From IMG/VR virus record IMGVR_UViG_3300033144_003013: a DNA stretch of 64,000 bases. One strand, 5' to 3'. The stretch is from an uncultured virus (IMG/VR IMGVR_UViG_3300033144_003013) (lineage: Duplodnaviria > Heunggongvirae > Uroviricota > Caudoviricetes). Of the stretch, positions 41,752 to 51,771 are shown in pieces; position 1 is the first letter of the stretch, and each line of letters begins with the position of its first letter. Below the pieces are notes generated by a model. The model was not told the DNA's origin. It made no database searches and was given only the letters and a program-made list of their open reading frames with translations. The position numbers and the translations under genes are program-made.

Positions 41752-41792
41752 AGAAATATACTTTTCTTAATATTTATAAAGAAAACGTATAT

Positions 41793-42905
41793 ATGTCAAT
41801 AATCAACGAACCACAAAGAAGTAAATTATATACTCGTGTAAAACACCTATTAGGTGCACCTATACGTAGTATTGAAGTCGAAGATGAAATGATGGACTCA
41901 CTACTTGAGTTATCAATTCAAGATTACGCACAGTATGTTAATGACTGGTTAATAGAATCTCAATGGACATCACTGTACGGAATGAACTTAGATGAACAAT
42001 CAGTTACAAGAGCATTTACTACACGTTCATTAGATTGGGAAACACAATATACCTACTCGTATTCTAAAATTGTAGGACTACAAGCTGGTGGTGATTACGT
42101 ACTTAAAAAAGACTATATAACATTAGTACCAAATCAACAAATATACGAAATACCCGCAGGAAGAGAATTAAACGAACTTTTATGGTTTACACGAGCAGAA
42201 TTAGACGCGGCGTTTTTTGACCCATTTATGGGTGGATTCGGAGGTATGGGAGGTGTAGGTCTTGGTGGTGGAGCCGGTTTTGCACAAATGGGTCAAACGG
42301 GTAATTACATGATTACACCAGCATTTGACATATTACTAAGAATGCAAGATATAAACGTTAAAAGAAGACTAATTGCGGGTGAATTAACATATAGGGTAAC
42401 CGCATTACCTGAAGGTAAAAAGGCACTTCATTTATATAATGTTCCAGGTGGTAAATTTGATTTTGGTAATATTGAATTTAATGAATATAGAGTATGGTAT
42501 TGGTACTATGAAACTGATGACAGAGAAGATTGTTTGTCTAAAAATCCTGACATCGTAAGATTACCATCAGATATACCAATAGATGAAATGAAATGGGACG
42601 AATTAAATAACCCTGCACAGGCTTGGGTTAGAAAATGGTTTGTTGCGTATGTTAAGGAAACATTAGGTAGAGTTAGGGGTAAATTTAGTGGTAACTTAAA
42701 AACGCCAGACTCAGAAGTTACTATGGACTACGATTCGTTATTAACGGAAGCTAAAGACGAAAAAAGTAAATTAATGGAAGAGTTAATGGCTAGATTAGAA
42801 AGATTAAGACCGGACAAGATGATGGAAAGAGAAGCCAATTTAGCTGAAAACTTAAACAAATCATTACAATATAGAGCACTACCTCGACAGATGTATATAA
42901 TATAA
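41793..42905 (+). CDS. Neck / head completion protein (gp13-like)
   Basis: LGAPIRSIEV…ETLGRVRGKF…LLTEAKDEK; contains a Gly-rich insert. Confidence 0.75.
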   Translation: MSIINEPQRSKLYTRVKHLLGAPIRSIEVEDEMMDSLLELSIQDYAQYVNDWLIESQWTSLYGMNLDEQSVTRAFTTRSLDWETQYTYSYSKIVGLQAGGDYVLKKDYITLVPNQQIYEIPAGRELNELLWFTRAELDAAFFDPFMGGFGGMGGVGLGGGAGFAQMGQTGNYMITPAFDILLRMQDINVKRRLIAGELTYRVTALPEGKKALHLYNVPGGKFDFGNIEFNEYRVWYWYYETDDREDCLSKNPDIVRLPSDIPIDEMKWDELNNPAQAWVRKWFVAYVKETLGRVRGKFSGNLKTPDSEVTMDYDSLLTEAKDEKSKLMEELMARLERLRPDKMMEREANLAENLNKSLQYRALPRQMYII

Positions 42906-42912
42906 AATAATT

Positions 42913-43257
42913 ATGGGAATAATTAAATCATACCCCATAAAAAAGGTTATATATGGGGAGGTAAAATCAGTATCAGAAACTATTTTAATTAAAAATACTA
43001 CTCATTATACCACTAAAGGTGAGGGGTCTATTATAGTTAAAAACGACATTGCCGAAAAAAAATGTACAATTAACTTAGACGAAAAAACAACAGAACATAT
43101 TACTATTAAGTCTATGGGTTATACTGTTATAAAAACAAACAAACTCATCGATGAACAATATGAACAGATTGAACTCGATAAGTTTGCTTCAGTAGAACTA
43201 AGATTTATTAATGATAGTTGGTATGTTATGTCGTCTGATGGGCTAAAGAACTCATAA
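42913..43257 (+). CDS. Hypothetical protein
   Basis: 114-aa beta-rich ORF overlapping the convergent polymerase 3' end by 32 nt. Confidence 0.7.
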   Translation: MGIIKSYPIKKVIYGEVKSVSETILIKNTTHYTTKGEGSIIVKNDIAEKKCTINLDEKTTEHITIKSMGYTVIKTNKLIDEQYEQIELDKFASVELRFINDSWYVMSSDGLKNS

Positions 43258-46057
43258 TTCCAAGATTTTTTTCCACGTATTCATCGTTTACTAAATTCAT
43301 AGTGTTTTCTAAGTACATATAATAAGGGTTGATATTAACATCATTCCAAAACCTAACTTCAGTATCCGATAATGTCAAAACCTCATCTAACGTATCTTGG
43401 TCACCCTCTCTACGAGGATATCCTCTAACTAACTTTGTTTGAGATTTTGTAAAAAACGGTCTATCCTCTGGATTTTCAACAAGTATCTCATCTCTTATAT
43501 CTGTAGAAAAAACAACCAATAGAGGTTCTATTCTTTTATTAAATGCCGCCAAATATCTTGGAACGTTATATTCACCTAATTTATCGGGTGTTTCACTTAT
43601 ATATTTGTCACTAATTAAGTAACAGTTAAGTACAACCTCAACATCATCAGCAGGCATTGTTACTCCATGTTCCGCCTTATATTTTCTTTTTTCAGCTGCG
43701 GTCGCATTCCATATATTTTTCTTTTGTACATCACCATGAGATTTTCTTTCGCCGTTATTAACATAATAAATTGTATCACCAAGACCTACAGGTATATTAT
43801 GTTTAATAGCTAATTCCATATGAGCCTGTCTTGACATTAATGACCCCGACTTAGTTTTTTTGGTTATGTGTACCTTATACTCTTTTATAGTTTGTTTAAC
43901 TCTTGCTTTATTAGCTATCTTTGAAATAGGTATTTGTTTATCGTAAATCTTTTGAACATATTCATAGTAATATTCTAAAAACTCATGACCTTTACCGTCT
44001 AATAGTAATCTTAGTCCTTTATCTAAAAACTCCGCCACATAGGTTGGTAGTTTTTTAGATTTAATACTATTACCTGTAAGTTTGACTTTTCCCGTATCGG
44101 TTAAAAGTGCGTAGTTTTTTCTTGCTACGTTGATGGTTGATGGCCAAACCCCGTCAGTATCTAATCCCATTTCTCCTCTCATGAAAATATCGTTGTATTC
44201 CGCAACGTCCGCTTCAGTACCTACATACTCCTTACCCTTGACTACCAAGTCATTTAACCCTTTACCAATATAAGTATGGGTCTCACGACCTTCAGGGGAT
44301 GAAAAGTTAACACCGTCAGTGTCCATAACCAAAGGTTTATACCCTCGATTCATAAACCACATAATCATTTGCCTCAAATACTGTCTACCTGTACACGTAA
44401 TTTGTTCACCCATATCCATATCACCCCAAGGAAATACATGAGGGGCGGATAAAGAACCAAAAAACGCATTAATAAATATTTTAATTGGTAATTGTTTACG
44501 ATTGTATTTTTTGGATTGTTCAGGGTCACTAACATATAAATCAGCAGCTAATTGTTTATAGTTAATACGAGTATCTCTAAAATATTTTAACATACTTTTC
44601 ATTGCACCTGTAACATCACATTTAGGAAATACATCGTGTACTAATTGAATAGATGGGTAAAGCGAAGAATAATCGAGTTTTAATACGTCTGTTGAGTACC
44701 CTACTGCCATTAATCTAGATAATCCACCTGTAAAAGGTCTTTTTTCCCCTCTTTTAGGAATTGCTAAATTATGTTTGTATGACCATGCGGCCATAATCAT
44801 TTTCCATAATGTTGCAGTACCCATAGTAGAAAGTCTTTCATATGTTGTTGGTACTAATTTAGAAAGTAAGAAGTTGGCTTGATTATATTCTCCGTCAACA
44901 ACCATAGTTTCCCATATATCATCATACAGATAACGTTCAATAATATAGTTACCATTAACTTTTTCATAGTGACCAGGAAATCTTTCCATCAAATTCTCAG
45001 TACCTACACTACCCACTTCTTTATATTTACCTGTTTTAGGGTTGAGGTAATAGTCTTTATTATCAAAATAAATTTTACCAATTTTATCCCCCTCGACATA
45101 CACACGGTTTTCTTTCTCTGCCCCAATAAATTGAGTAATGTATTTAAGACCCCAACTTTTAATATCTGAATTGATTGCTTGTGCTCTACGTACCGCGTGT
45201 GCAATATCTACAATATTATATCCCCACATCATTGTTTGAGTGTATGGTTCCATTTCGTTGGCTAATTTCAACATCCCTTCTTTTTGTCTCAAACTTTGTT
45301 TTGGGTTAAGAGTTTTAGAAATCTTTTTAATATCTAATCCTAATATTTCCGCTCTGCGAATAATAAAAGGAAAATCAAAGAAAGCTGAGTTGTAACCACC
45401 AATTAATGTTGGTTTTAAATAAGCGATGGTATCAAAAAAATCTATAATAACCTTACGTTCTTCTTCGTCATTCTCACACGCAATAACCTTCTCAAAACCT
45501 TTATTATCTTTCATTCCAATAAGAAAGATACGACTATCTTCAGGAGAAAGTCCTGTAGTCTCAATATCGAAAACAAATCTATGTACTTCATCATACTCAT
45601 CAAAACCTTTAAATAATCTTTTACTTTTTTGTATTAGATATTGTTCAGTAGGTGGTAATATCATAATATTATCCGAATTACCTCTACCCCATGGGTCTAA
45701 TCCTCCACCTTTAAAAAAGTTAACTAAGTTACTGTATGACTTTGTAGTTTTTACCAAAAACTTTAGACCACCCTCTAATCGTTCATCTCCGTGAGTTTCT
45801 AACTTATCAATAATAATCCCATGAGTAGACATCGCTTGTTTTTGTGCGGCTTTTGACCCACCATAGAAATTAACTCCATGTAAATTACCTACCCAAGCAA
45901 ATGGAATAAATGTGTCTGATTTGATTACTTTACCCTGAACAGGGTGTTGAATTATCTTGAATATTTTTCCTGAGGCGTAATCATATTCTAACGCTACTAT
46001 GTATTTTTCAGGGTCCTCTCCGTTGAGGAATTGTTCAATTTCTTCTTGTGATACCAT
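43226..46057 (-). CDS. Family B DNA polymerase with proofreading domain
   Basis: FDIETTG, GYNSAFFD, DYSSLYPSI, KIFINAFFG, MDTDG and RKNY. Confidence 0.95.
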   Translation of the reverse strand: MVSQEEIEQFLNGEDPEKYIVALEYDYASGKIFKIIQHPVQGKVIKSDTFIPFAWVGNLHGVNFYGGSKAAQKQAMSTHGIIIDKLETHGDERLEGGLKFLVKTTKSYSNLVNFFKGGGLDPWGRGNSDNIMILPPTEQYLIQKSKRLFKGFDEYDEVHRFVFDIETTGLSPEDSRIFLIGMKDNKGFEKVIACENDEEERKVIIDFFDTIAYLKPTLIGGYNSAFFDFPFIIRRAEILGLDIKKISKTLNPKQSLRQKEGMLKLANEMEPYTQTMMWGYNIVDIAHAVRRAQAINSDIKSWGLKYITQFIGAEKENRVYVEGDKIGKIYFDNKDYYLNPKTGKYKEVGSVGTENLMERFPGHYEKVNGNYIIERYLYDDIWETMVVDGEYNQANFLLSKLVPTTYERLSTMGTATLWKMIMAAWSYKHNLAIPKRGEKRPFTGGLSRLMAVGYSTDVLKLDYSSLYPSIQLVHDVFPKCDVTGAMKSMLKYFRDTRINYKQLAADLYVSDPEQSKKYNRKQLPIKIFINAFFGSLSAPHVFPWGDMDMGEQITCTGRQYLRQMIMWFMNRGYKPLVMDTDGVNFSSPEGRETHTYIGKGLNDLVVKGKEYVGTEADVAEYNDIFMRGEMGLDTDGVWPSTINVARKNYALLTDTGKVKLTGNSIKSKKLPTYVAEFLDKGLRLLLDGKGHEFLEYYYEYVQKIYDKQIPISKIANKARVKQTIKEYKVHITKKTKSGSLMSRQAHMELAIKHNIPVGLGDTIYYVNNGERKSHGDVQKKNIWNATAAEKRKYKAEHGVTMPADDVEVVLNCYLISDKYISETPDKLGEYNVPRYLAAFNKRIEPLLVVFSTDIRDEILVENPEDRPFFTKSQTKLVRGYPRREGDQDTLDEVLTLSDTEVRFWNDVNINPYYMYLENTMNLVNDEYVEKNLGIMSSLAHQTT

Positions 46058-46087
46058 AATATTTGTTTTTCGTTTGAGACATTTTAC

Positions 46088-46106
46088 TCACATCGTACTG
46101 ATGTGA
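46088..46106 (-). promoter_or_regulatory. Hairpin in the DNA polymerase 5' leader
   Basis: TCACATC-N5-GATGTGA, located between the promoter and the ATG. Confidence 0.6.
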
Positions 46107-46127
46107 TTACTCTTAACATTTAAACAA

Positions 46128-46156
46128 ATAATAAGTAACTATTTTAGTTTTGTCAA
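46128..46156 (-). promoter_or_regulatory. Sigma70-like promoter for the DNA polymerase gene
   Basis: Minus strand TTGACA-N17-TATTAT. Confidence 0.65.
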
Positions 46157-46157
46157 A

Positions 46158-46613
46158 CTATTTTGAGTTTCTTTCTTGCCATTCATAAGATACCGAATCC
46201 TTGTCAATTGGACCACCTTTTGCCCAAGTATAACAAGTTCTCGCTGAATGACATTTAAAATTATGCATCCAACAATACCCTAATCTACCATCCTTATCGG
46301 ATGTTACTCCAGGCATACATTCATCCATTCTTTTTGATATGTCAAACGCAACACAATTACTACAAAGTGATTTTTTAGCGGCATCCTCTGTCGTATCCCA
46401 ATGTTCTGCTAAATCTTTCCAATAATCTCCGGGTTCATCGACATTTAATGGTCCGTATTTTATATGTTCAGATTTAATTGATGAATCTCTATTTTTGGTG
46501 TTTAACTCTAAATCTTGAGTCGCCTTTGGACAGTCCATTTCAGACTCACCAAGTAATCTACGATTAAGTCTTTCGATTACTAAACTCTTTTTTCTTCTTA
46601 TATTATTACTCAT
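46158..46613 (-). CDS. Cys-rich hypothetical protein
   Basis: CSNCVAFD…GYCWMHNFKCHSARTC, possibly metal-binding. Confidence 0.75.
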   Translation of the reverse strand: MSNNIRRKKSLVIERLNRRLLGESEMDCPKATQDLELNTKNRDSSIKSEHIKYGPLNVDEPGDYWKDLAEHWDTTEDAAKKSLCSNCVAFDISKRMDECMPGVTSDKDGRLGYCWMHNFKCHSARTCYTWAKGGPIDKDSVSYEWQERNSK

Positions 46614-46616
46614 ATC

Positions 46617-46970
46617 TTAAATTATATTTATATATAAATTTTCTCTTATTGGGGCTATTAGTTGACCCATAGAATTTTCAACGTGAAACTCTCCAATAAA
46701 CCTACCTTTTATATTCGTATCCTTTTTACGCCACTTATAATAAATATAATATTCGTAAGGGGCATCAGGGTTGGCTTGTATTTTTTCGGTTATATAGGCG
46801 TTTTCCATTAAAATTTTAGGAATACCATTAGCTTCGTTTTTCATTGAAAACCTAATTGTAGCCGTATCTAAATCCGCGTCAAATATTTTATATGCGTCTG
46901 TTCGTCCGTCTCTAACGACCTGCATTTTTAATATTGGTAATTCACTATTTTGTCTTATAAAAAATTCCAT
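46617..46970 (-). CDS. Small BppU-N-like (fibre anchor) domain protein
   Basis: MEFFIRQNSELPILKMQV…GRFIGEF…APIRENLYINI; paralogous to the N-terminus of the 50404-51771 ORF. Confidence 0.65.
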   Translation of the reverse strand: MEFFIRQNSELPILKMQVVRDGRTDAYKIFDADLDTATIRFSMKNEANGIPKILMENAYITEKIQANPDAPYEYYIYYKWRKKDTNIKGRFIGEFHVENSMGQLIAPIRENLYINII

Positions 46971-46998
46971 ACTATCAATAAATAGTTTATATGTTTAA

Positions 46999-49680
46999 TT
47001 AGGCGGTCGGAGGACTATTCTTATATGGGTGGTTTGACGGTAACGCATCTGTTCGTCCCCATTTCCAAGCCAAATAACCCTCAGCCTTTTCTAACTCAGT
47101 TAGGTCGGTACCACCCGTACCTGGTAAGGATGCGTAGGCGATATACTCACCCATTCGACCATTAAGTTCAACTGATGACCTATTTCTCATTAATCTCAAT
47201 TCTTGATTTGTTGATAATGAATTATCATAATCATTTACAGGTGAGAAGGTATTTGTTCGTCCATCTATTCTTATACCGATTTGGTTCCCTGTTTTATTAA
47301 AGAAACATACAACAATATACCATTGGAATCTATTTAAACCTCCTAAACCTGTCCAATCTAATTTATCACCAATTGTAGTACTAATTCTATTACTACTTAA
47401 ACCATCTAAATCCAATTCACCTGGCCATGTATTATTTGATGCTCCCGCACTTATAGCATAATCTCTTTTTGGTGATTGATTTGTTTCATAACTCCAAAAT
47501 GAATTTTTGGTATTATTAGTTCCATCATATCTAAATAAACCAATTGCCCAATGGTTACCCGATGACACTTGTGATTCGTAGGATGTACTCTGTAAGTAAT
47601 CACCGTTACCATCAAACTGAAATACATTCAATCCATTTTGAGTTGATGAGTTAGTTGTCGTAGTACCTGCAACTGTCATAGTATAAGTTCCCGCTTTATC
47701 AGTTACTGAAGATAATCTTGTTCCATTTCTTGTATAACTCGAAGTATCTGACGCATCAATCCATGCTACTGGTGACAATGTCGAATTTGGTGACCATAGA
47801 CTTGGTGATGGAGTTGGGGTTTGTGTTTGAGTAATTGTTTGAGTTACTGTAGGTGTATTAGTTGGCGTAATTGTTGAGGTTGATGTAGGTGTAGGAGTTA
47901 CCTCTGCGGTTACTGTAGGAGTATTAGTTGGCGTAATTGTTGGGGTTGATGTTAGTGTGGGGGTATTTGTCGGAGACGGTTTTAGTGGATTTGTACAAGT
48001 ACTCACATCTATGACCATACCATTCTTAACTTGTATCACCTCTCCGTTATCCATAGAAATATTAAGTATTATGTTTGTATTATTAACCGGATTTTCACCA
48101 TTAGGGTCAGAGAAAATCGGATTGTTTCTTTCAGGGTACGTATTATTCTGACCATTAAAACGTGCAAAATAAAATGTTTCATCCTTAACTGCGCTACACA
48201 ATGTTGAACCAGACTTACCTACAAATGAAGGTAGTTCGATAGGACAATTTACAATTAATGAGAAAACTGTATTACTTCCTGACCAACCCATATTCTCAAC
48301 CGTTACTATACTTGTTTGGGAATTTGTTTTTGGTATTACCATAAGGTTATCGATATTCTCCCCTCCTGATTGAAAATCACCGTTGTTAAAGGTCACAGTC
48401 TCATTTCCATCGGGTAACCAAGCAGTGTCACCTTGAACATCAAGACCTAAAATAAAGCTATCATAATCTAATGGAACACCTTCAACTGCTGATGGTGGTG
48501 CGTTTGTACCGAGAGTGGTGTATGATGAACTTCCATTTGTTGATTCTAATGGAGTAGAAATGGTGGTTCTTGGAGTAAATAATCTATTATAGTAGTTACC
48601 ATTATGTTTAACTCTAATACCATCAGGAGCACTTTTAGGGTCAAAGTATATTAATATGGCACCAGGGTCACTACCTACGTTGAAATTTGATAAATATTTT
48701 CCCTCCGAACCATTTGGAATTGTAGGGTTATCCTCACAATTAAAGTTTATAGGTAATGGTGTAGATGTCGGAGTTGGGGTGTTAGTTGGTGTAACTGTAT
48801 TAGTCGGAGTATTGGTTGGAGTATTAGTCGGAGTATTGGTTGTAGTACTTTTAGGGGTATTAGTTGGCGTAACTGTATTAGTCGGAGTATTGGTTGGGGT
48901 ATTTGTAGGGGTATTAGTTGGCGTAACTGTCGCAGTATTTGTTGGAGTATTTGTAGGGGTTGTAGTTGAGGTATTAGTTGGAGTTATATTTGGTGTGCTG
49001 GTAGGTGTTAATGTGGTCGTATTAGTCGGAGTATTGGTTGGAGTATTTGTAGGAGTATTAGTTGGTGTGTTTGTAGGATTAGAGGTATTAGTCGGAGTGT
49101 TAGTTGGGGTGACAGTCGGAGTTGATGTAGGTGTTGATGTAGGTGTTGGAGTCGGACTTGCGGCACACACATAAAAGTCCCAACCGGTACCCGCTAAACC
49201 TACATCGTCAAGAGATGTTAGAGTAATTTTAGTTATACCTTCACCATTCGATGAACTAATAAGTGATACCCCTTCTTGCACTATAGTCCCCAATTCATTT
49301 ACCACCTGTACCGCTTTCAGATTAATTTGATATTGACTTACTTGTACTGTCTCATAAGTCTCATATCCATTAATCGTTGAACACCTTGCCAGTGTCTCAC
49401 CTACAATTGGTACATCATTTTGTAAGTCGTCTGTAGCGGTCACCCCTACGACTTCATAAATCCCCGGACGGCTAGCAGCACCCCAACCATTTGAAATAAA
49501 CCCTATAGAGGATATAGGTGAATCGAACTCCATTGTCAGTACACCATTAGGTGACTCTATGCCTTGTAGAGATGATGATGAACTATTATTATTATTGCGA
49601 TAAAACCCGTTACAACCTTCAACTACCTGTGGGGTTTGTGGAACATATGTCGGGGCAAAACCTTGGTATGTTGTAGTCAT
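46999..49680 (-). CDS. Thr/Pro-rich (mucin-like) fibre/adhesin with a C-terminal beta-sandwich (LamG/lectin-like) domain; probably the 3' part of a longer gene
   Basis: Long TPTN repeats; WIDASD…[12 protein letters not shown]…LPSNHPYK domain; frame open upstream to 49770. Confidence 0.75.
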   Translation of the reverse strand: MTTTYQGFAPTYVPQTPQVVEGCNGFYRNNNNSSSSSLQGIESPNGVLTMEFDSPISSIGFISNGWGAASRPGIYEVVGVTATDDLQNDVPIVGETLARCSTINGYETYETVQVSQYQINLKAVQVVNELGTIVQEGVSLISSSNGEGITKITLTSLDDVGLAGTGWDFYVCAASPTPTPTSTPTSTPTVTPTNTPTNTSNPTNTPTNTPTNTPTNTPTNTTTLTPTSTPNITPTNTSTTTPTNTPTNTATVTPTNTPTNTPTNTPTNTVTPTNTPKSTTTNTPTNTPTNTPTNTVTPTNTPTPTSTPLPINFNCEDNPTIPNGSEGKYLSNFNVGSDPGAILIYFDPKSAPDGIRVKHNGNYYNRLFTPRTTISTPLESTNGSSSYTTLGTNAPPSAVEGVPLDYDSFILGLDVQGDTAWLPDGNETVTFNNGDFQSGGENIDNLMVIPKTNSQTSIVTVENMGWSGSNTVFSLIVNCPIELPSFVGKSGSTLCSAVKDETFYFARFNGQNNTYPERNNPIFSDPNGENPVNNTNIILNISMDNGEVIQVKNGMVIDVSTCTNPLKPSPTNTPTLTSTPTITPTNTPTVTAEVTPTPTSTSTITPTNTPTVTQTITQTQTPTPSPSLWSPNSTLSPVAWIDASDTSSYTRNGTRLSSVTDKAGTYTMTVAGTTTTNSSTQNGLNVFQFDGNGDYLQSTSYESQVSSGNHWAIGLFRYDGTNNTKNSFWSYETNQSPKRDYAISAGASNNTWPGELDLDGLSSNRISTTIGDKLDWTGLGGLNRFQWYIVVCFFNKTGNQIGIRIDGRTNTFSPVNDYDNSLSTNQELRLMRNRSSVELNGRMGEYIAYASLPGTGGTDLTELEKAEGYLAWKWGRTDALPSNHPYKNSPPTA
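47800..47979 (-). repeat. Second coding Thr/Pro repeat tract
   Basis: [22 protein letters not shown]…TPTPSPS. Confidence 0.85.
48757..49158 (-). repeat. Coding tandem repeat (TPTN)n of about 134 codons
   Basis: Degenerate 12-nt units such as gtattagtcgga / gtattggttgga on the plus strand. Confidence 0.9.
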
Positions 49681-50420
49681 TACAATACCGTTGGATAATG
49701 TTTTTGTTCCATTCCCTGTTTGGGCTTTAGGAAACCCTTCTGGCTGAGTTTTATCAAAACATAAACTAATTCAATACTAACATCATTAGAAGTAACTTTA
49801 TACTCATAACAATCACCACTACCTGACGGTAAATCACTAACTAAAATATATAATGGGAAATCATTATATGTGAAGTCAGTACCGTAAGTTTCCCATGGAC
49901 CTCCAACGCAGTCTCTAAACTGTACGGTGAAGGTGAATGAAGGGGAAGTCATATTGGATTCAATAGATAATTCACAATATGGTTCTTCAGGTATATCTTG
50001 ACAAATTAAATGTTGACCGTATGTCGACGCGTAGGTGTATCCGTCAGTTATTCTTTCTGGTCTAAACGCTAAATTAATAAAAGAAGTTCCGTTATTAGCA
50101 CAATATGACATAATGGTATGACAACCAGGGTCCGATATTTGACATAGTGGACCCGTATTGTTACCGTTTGCACAATCAGGAATAAATGTACCTGAGAACG
50201 GACCTAAAGGAACTGTGTAGTTACCGAAATTCCATGTGTGGAATCCAAGAACTGCATGACCAACCTCATGGGCGTGTAAGAAATTATCAAATAAATTACC
50301 TGTAACTCCCGACATAACATAAGGTAAGTCTACGTTAACATTATATGCAACTGCAACATTATTAATTGTATTATCAATATCAGGATAATAAATTCCTAAG
50401 AAATTAGATATCCCTTGTAA
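49680..50420 (-). CDS. Zinc metalloprotease (reprolysin/M12B-like) fragment; middle piece of a frameshifted gene
   Basis: [14 protein letters not shown] zinc-binding motif and TIMSY Met-turn. Frame open from 50420; first ATG at 50315. Confidence 0.7.
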   Translation of the reverse strand, partial: LQGISNFLGIYYPDIDNTINNVAVAYNVNVDLPYVMSGVTGNLFDNFLHAHEVGHAVLGFHTWNFGNYTVPLGPFSGTFIPDCANGNNTGPLCQISDPGCHTIMSYCANNGTSFINLAFRPERITDGYTYASTYGQHLICQDIPEEPYCELSIESNMTSPSFTFTVQFRDCVGGPWETYGTDFTYNDFPLYILVSDLPSGSGDCYEYKVTSNDVSIELVYVLIKLSQKGFLKPKQGMEQKHYPTVL

Positions 50421-51771
50421 TTATTTGATAAACAAAGTTATAATCAACACCTGGTAATACACTATTATGATTATTTTTGTAATATGTACCAACAGTATCT
50501 CGGTATTGGGTATATCCCGGATTCCCTGGAATATCCCACGGTTCAGCAGTAGGACTCGTCCACTCTACGATACCTTTAACTTTAAAAGTGAAATCACCAT
50601 TAAAACTTGGCTCATAAAAGGCATTAAGGAATAAATTCATCGATTCAATATAAAGCTGTGAATTACCACCAATATCGACACAATAATATTGTGACCCACT
50701 TAAGGACTGTGACATTACCGACTCTCTGAATTGATTAATTTCTCTTTCTTTAGGGTTTACGGTATTACCACAATTGAAATCAGGTCCGTCAATAAAAGCT
50801 TTAAACGCTGTGTACAGTCTATCTGAACTTTCAGTTAGTAATACGGTTGTATCATTTTTTTCATATAAACAATAAACCGTAGTTTCACTAATACCTAAAC
50901 TACCTATACTCTTATCACCGTCTTTAATTCTATAAGTTCTAAGTAATGGTTTTACATTTTTTATAGTACCATACTCACCATTAAGTATGTCTTCAACAGT
51001 CACTTCATTTTGACTTGATAAGGTTATTTCAGAATTAGAATACTCCGTCTTTTCTAATCTCATTATCTCCATAGTTCCATCCCAATTAGGAATTGCCATT
51101 TCAAAAGACTCATAATTATTATCGTAGATATCTTTTAAAGTGTCTGAATTGTAAGTAAATTCTGATAAATTTTCTCCTGTAGAATCAAATGTAAATAAAC
51201 CTACAGGGGTGTCTCCTGAATTTGTAAATTCACAATTTAAGTCACAACTTAATGAATAATTAGGTGTTTGAGATATTGTAGGGGTAGGGGTAGGAGTAAC
51301 ACTTGAAGGTGATGGTGTAGGAGGTATTGGAGTATTAGAGGGGGTTGGAGGTATTCCTCCTCCACCTGAGGATGAACCTCCACCATACGGCTTACAACAT
51401 AGTTCAGGTTTACTAATTGAGTCTGTTATGTTTATAAATAATTTTTTTCTTCTTGGTAAAATTATCTCTCCCTGAGTATTTGATATTTTAAATTCTCCTA
51501 TGTAACCTCCAATATGTCTTGTTTCATGTGCTGTTAATTGATAATAAACATAATACTCCGGAACTTCATTATCCTTAGTAGACGGTTTTAACATAATAGA
51601 AGCCGGTTTATTAACGATGTAATAAACGTTCGTGTCCTCTTTCCACATACTAAAAGTTATAGTCGAATCTTTAGTTAAGTTATCAAACTCTCTAAAATCC
51701 ACTCTACCGTCTTTTACTATTTGTACCTTTATAATTGGTAACGTACTATTTTTTCTTATAAAAAACTCCAT
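50404..51771 (-). CDS. BppU-N-like anchor, Pro/Thr linker, metalloprotease prodomain and N-lobe; 5' piece of a frameshifted gene
   Basis: MEFFIRKNSTLP…; PPTPSNTP linker; FNCG cysteine-switch-like motif; the ORF ends mid-domain. Confidence 0.7.
   Translation of the reverse strand: MEFFIRKNSTLPIIKVQIVKDGRVDFREFDNLTKDSTITFSMWKEDTNVYYIVNKPASIMLKPSTKDNEVPEYYVYYQLTAHETRHIGGYIGEFKISNTQGEIILPRRKKLFINITDSISKPELCCKPYGGGSSSGGGGIPPTPSNTPIPPTPSPSSVTPTPTPTISQTPNYSLSCDLNCEFTNSGDTPVGLFTFDSTGENLSEFTYNSDTLKDIYDNNYESFEMAIPNWDGTMEIMRLEKTEYSNSEITLSSQNEVTVEDILNGEYGTIKNVKPLLRTYRIKDGDKSIGSLGISETTVYCLYEKNDTTVLLTESSDRLYTAFKAFIDGPDFNCGNTVNPKEREINQFRESVMSQSLSGSQYYCVDIGGNSQLYIESMNLFLNAFYEPSFNGDFTFKVKGIVEWTSPTAEPWDIPGNPGYTQYRDTVGTYYKNNHNSVLPGVDYNFVYQIITRDI

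Noticed and set aside
7413..46057. Inteins or introns in the RNR, helicase, recombinase or polymerase
   Set aside because: Lengths are ordinary, catalytic motifs are contiguous and no splice-junction or homing endonuclease motifs were seen.
48757..49158. Repeat array as a possible CRISPR
   Set aside because: Units are degenerate 12-nt codon repeats with no unique spacers, and they lie within an ORF.
48656..49174. 172-aa plus-strand ORF of VGVL repeats that looks like a membrane protein
   Set aside because: It is the antisense shadow of the TPTN coding repeat.
46999..51771. Diversity-generating retroelement or shufflon acting on the fibre gene
   Set aside because: No reverse transcriptase, template/variable repeat pair, recombinase or inverted crossover sites were seen in this window.
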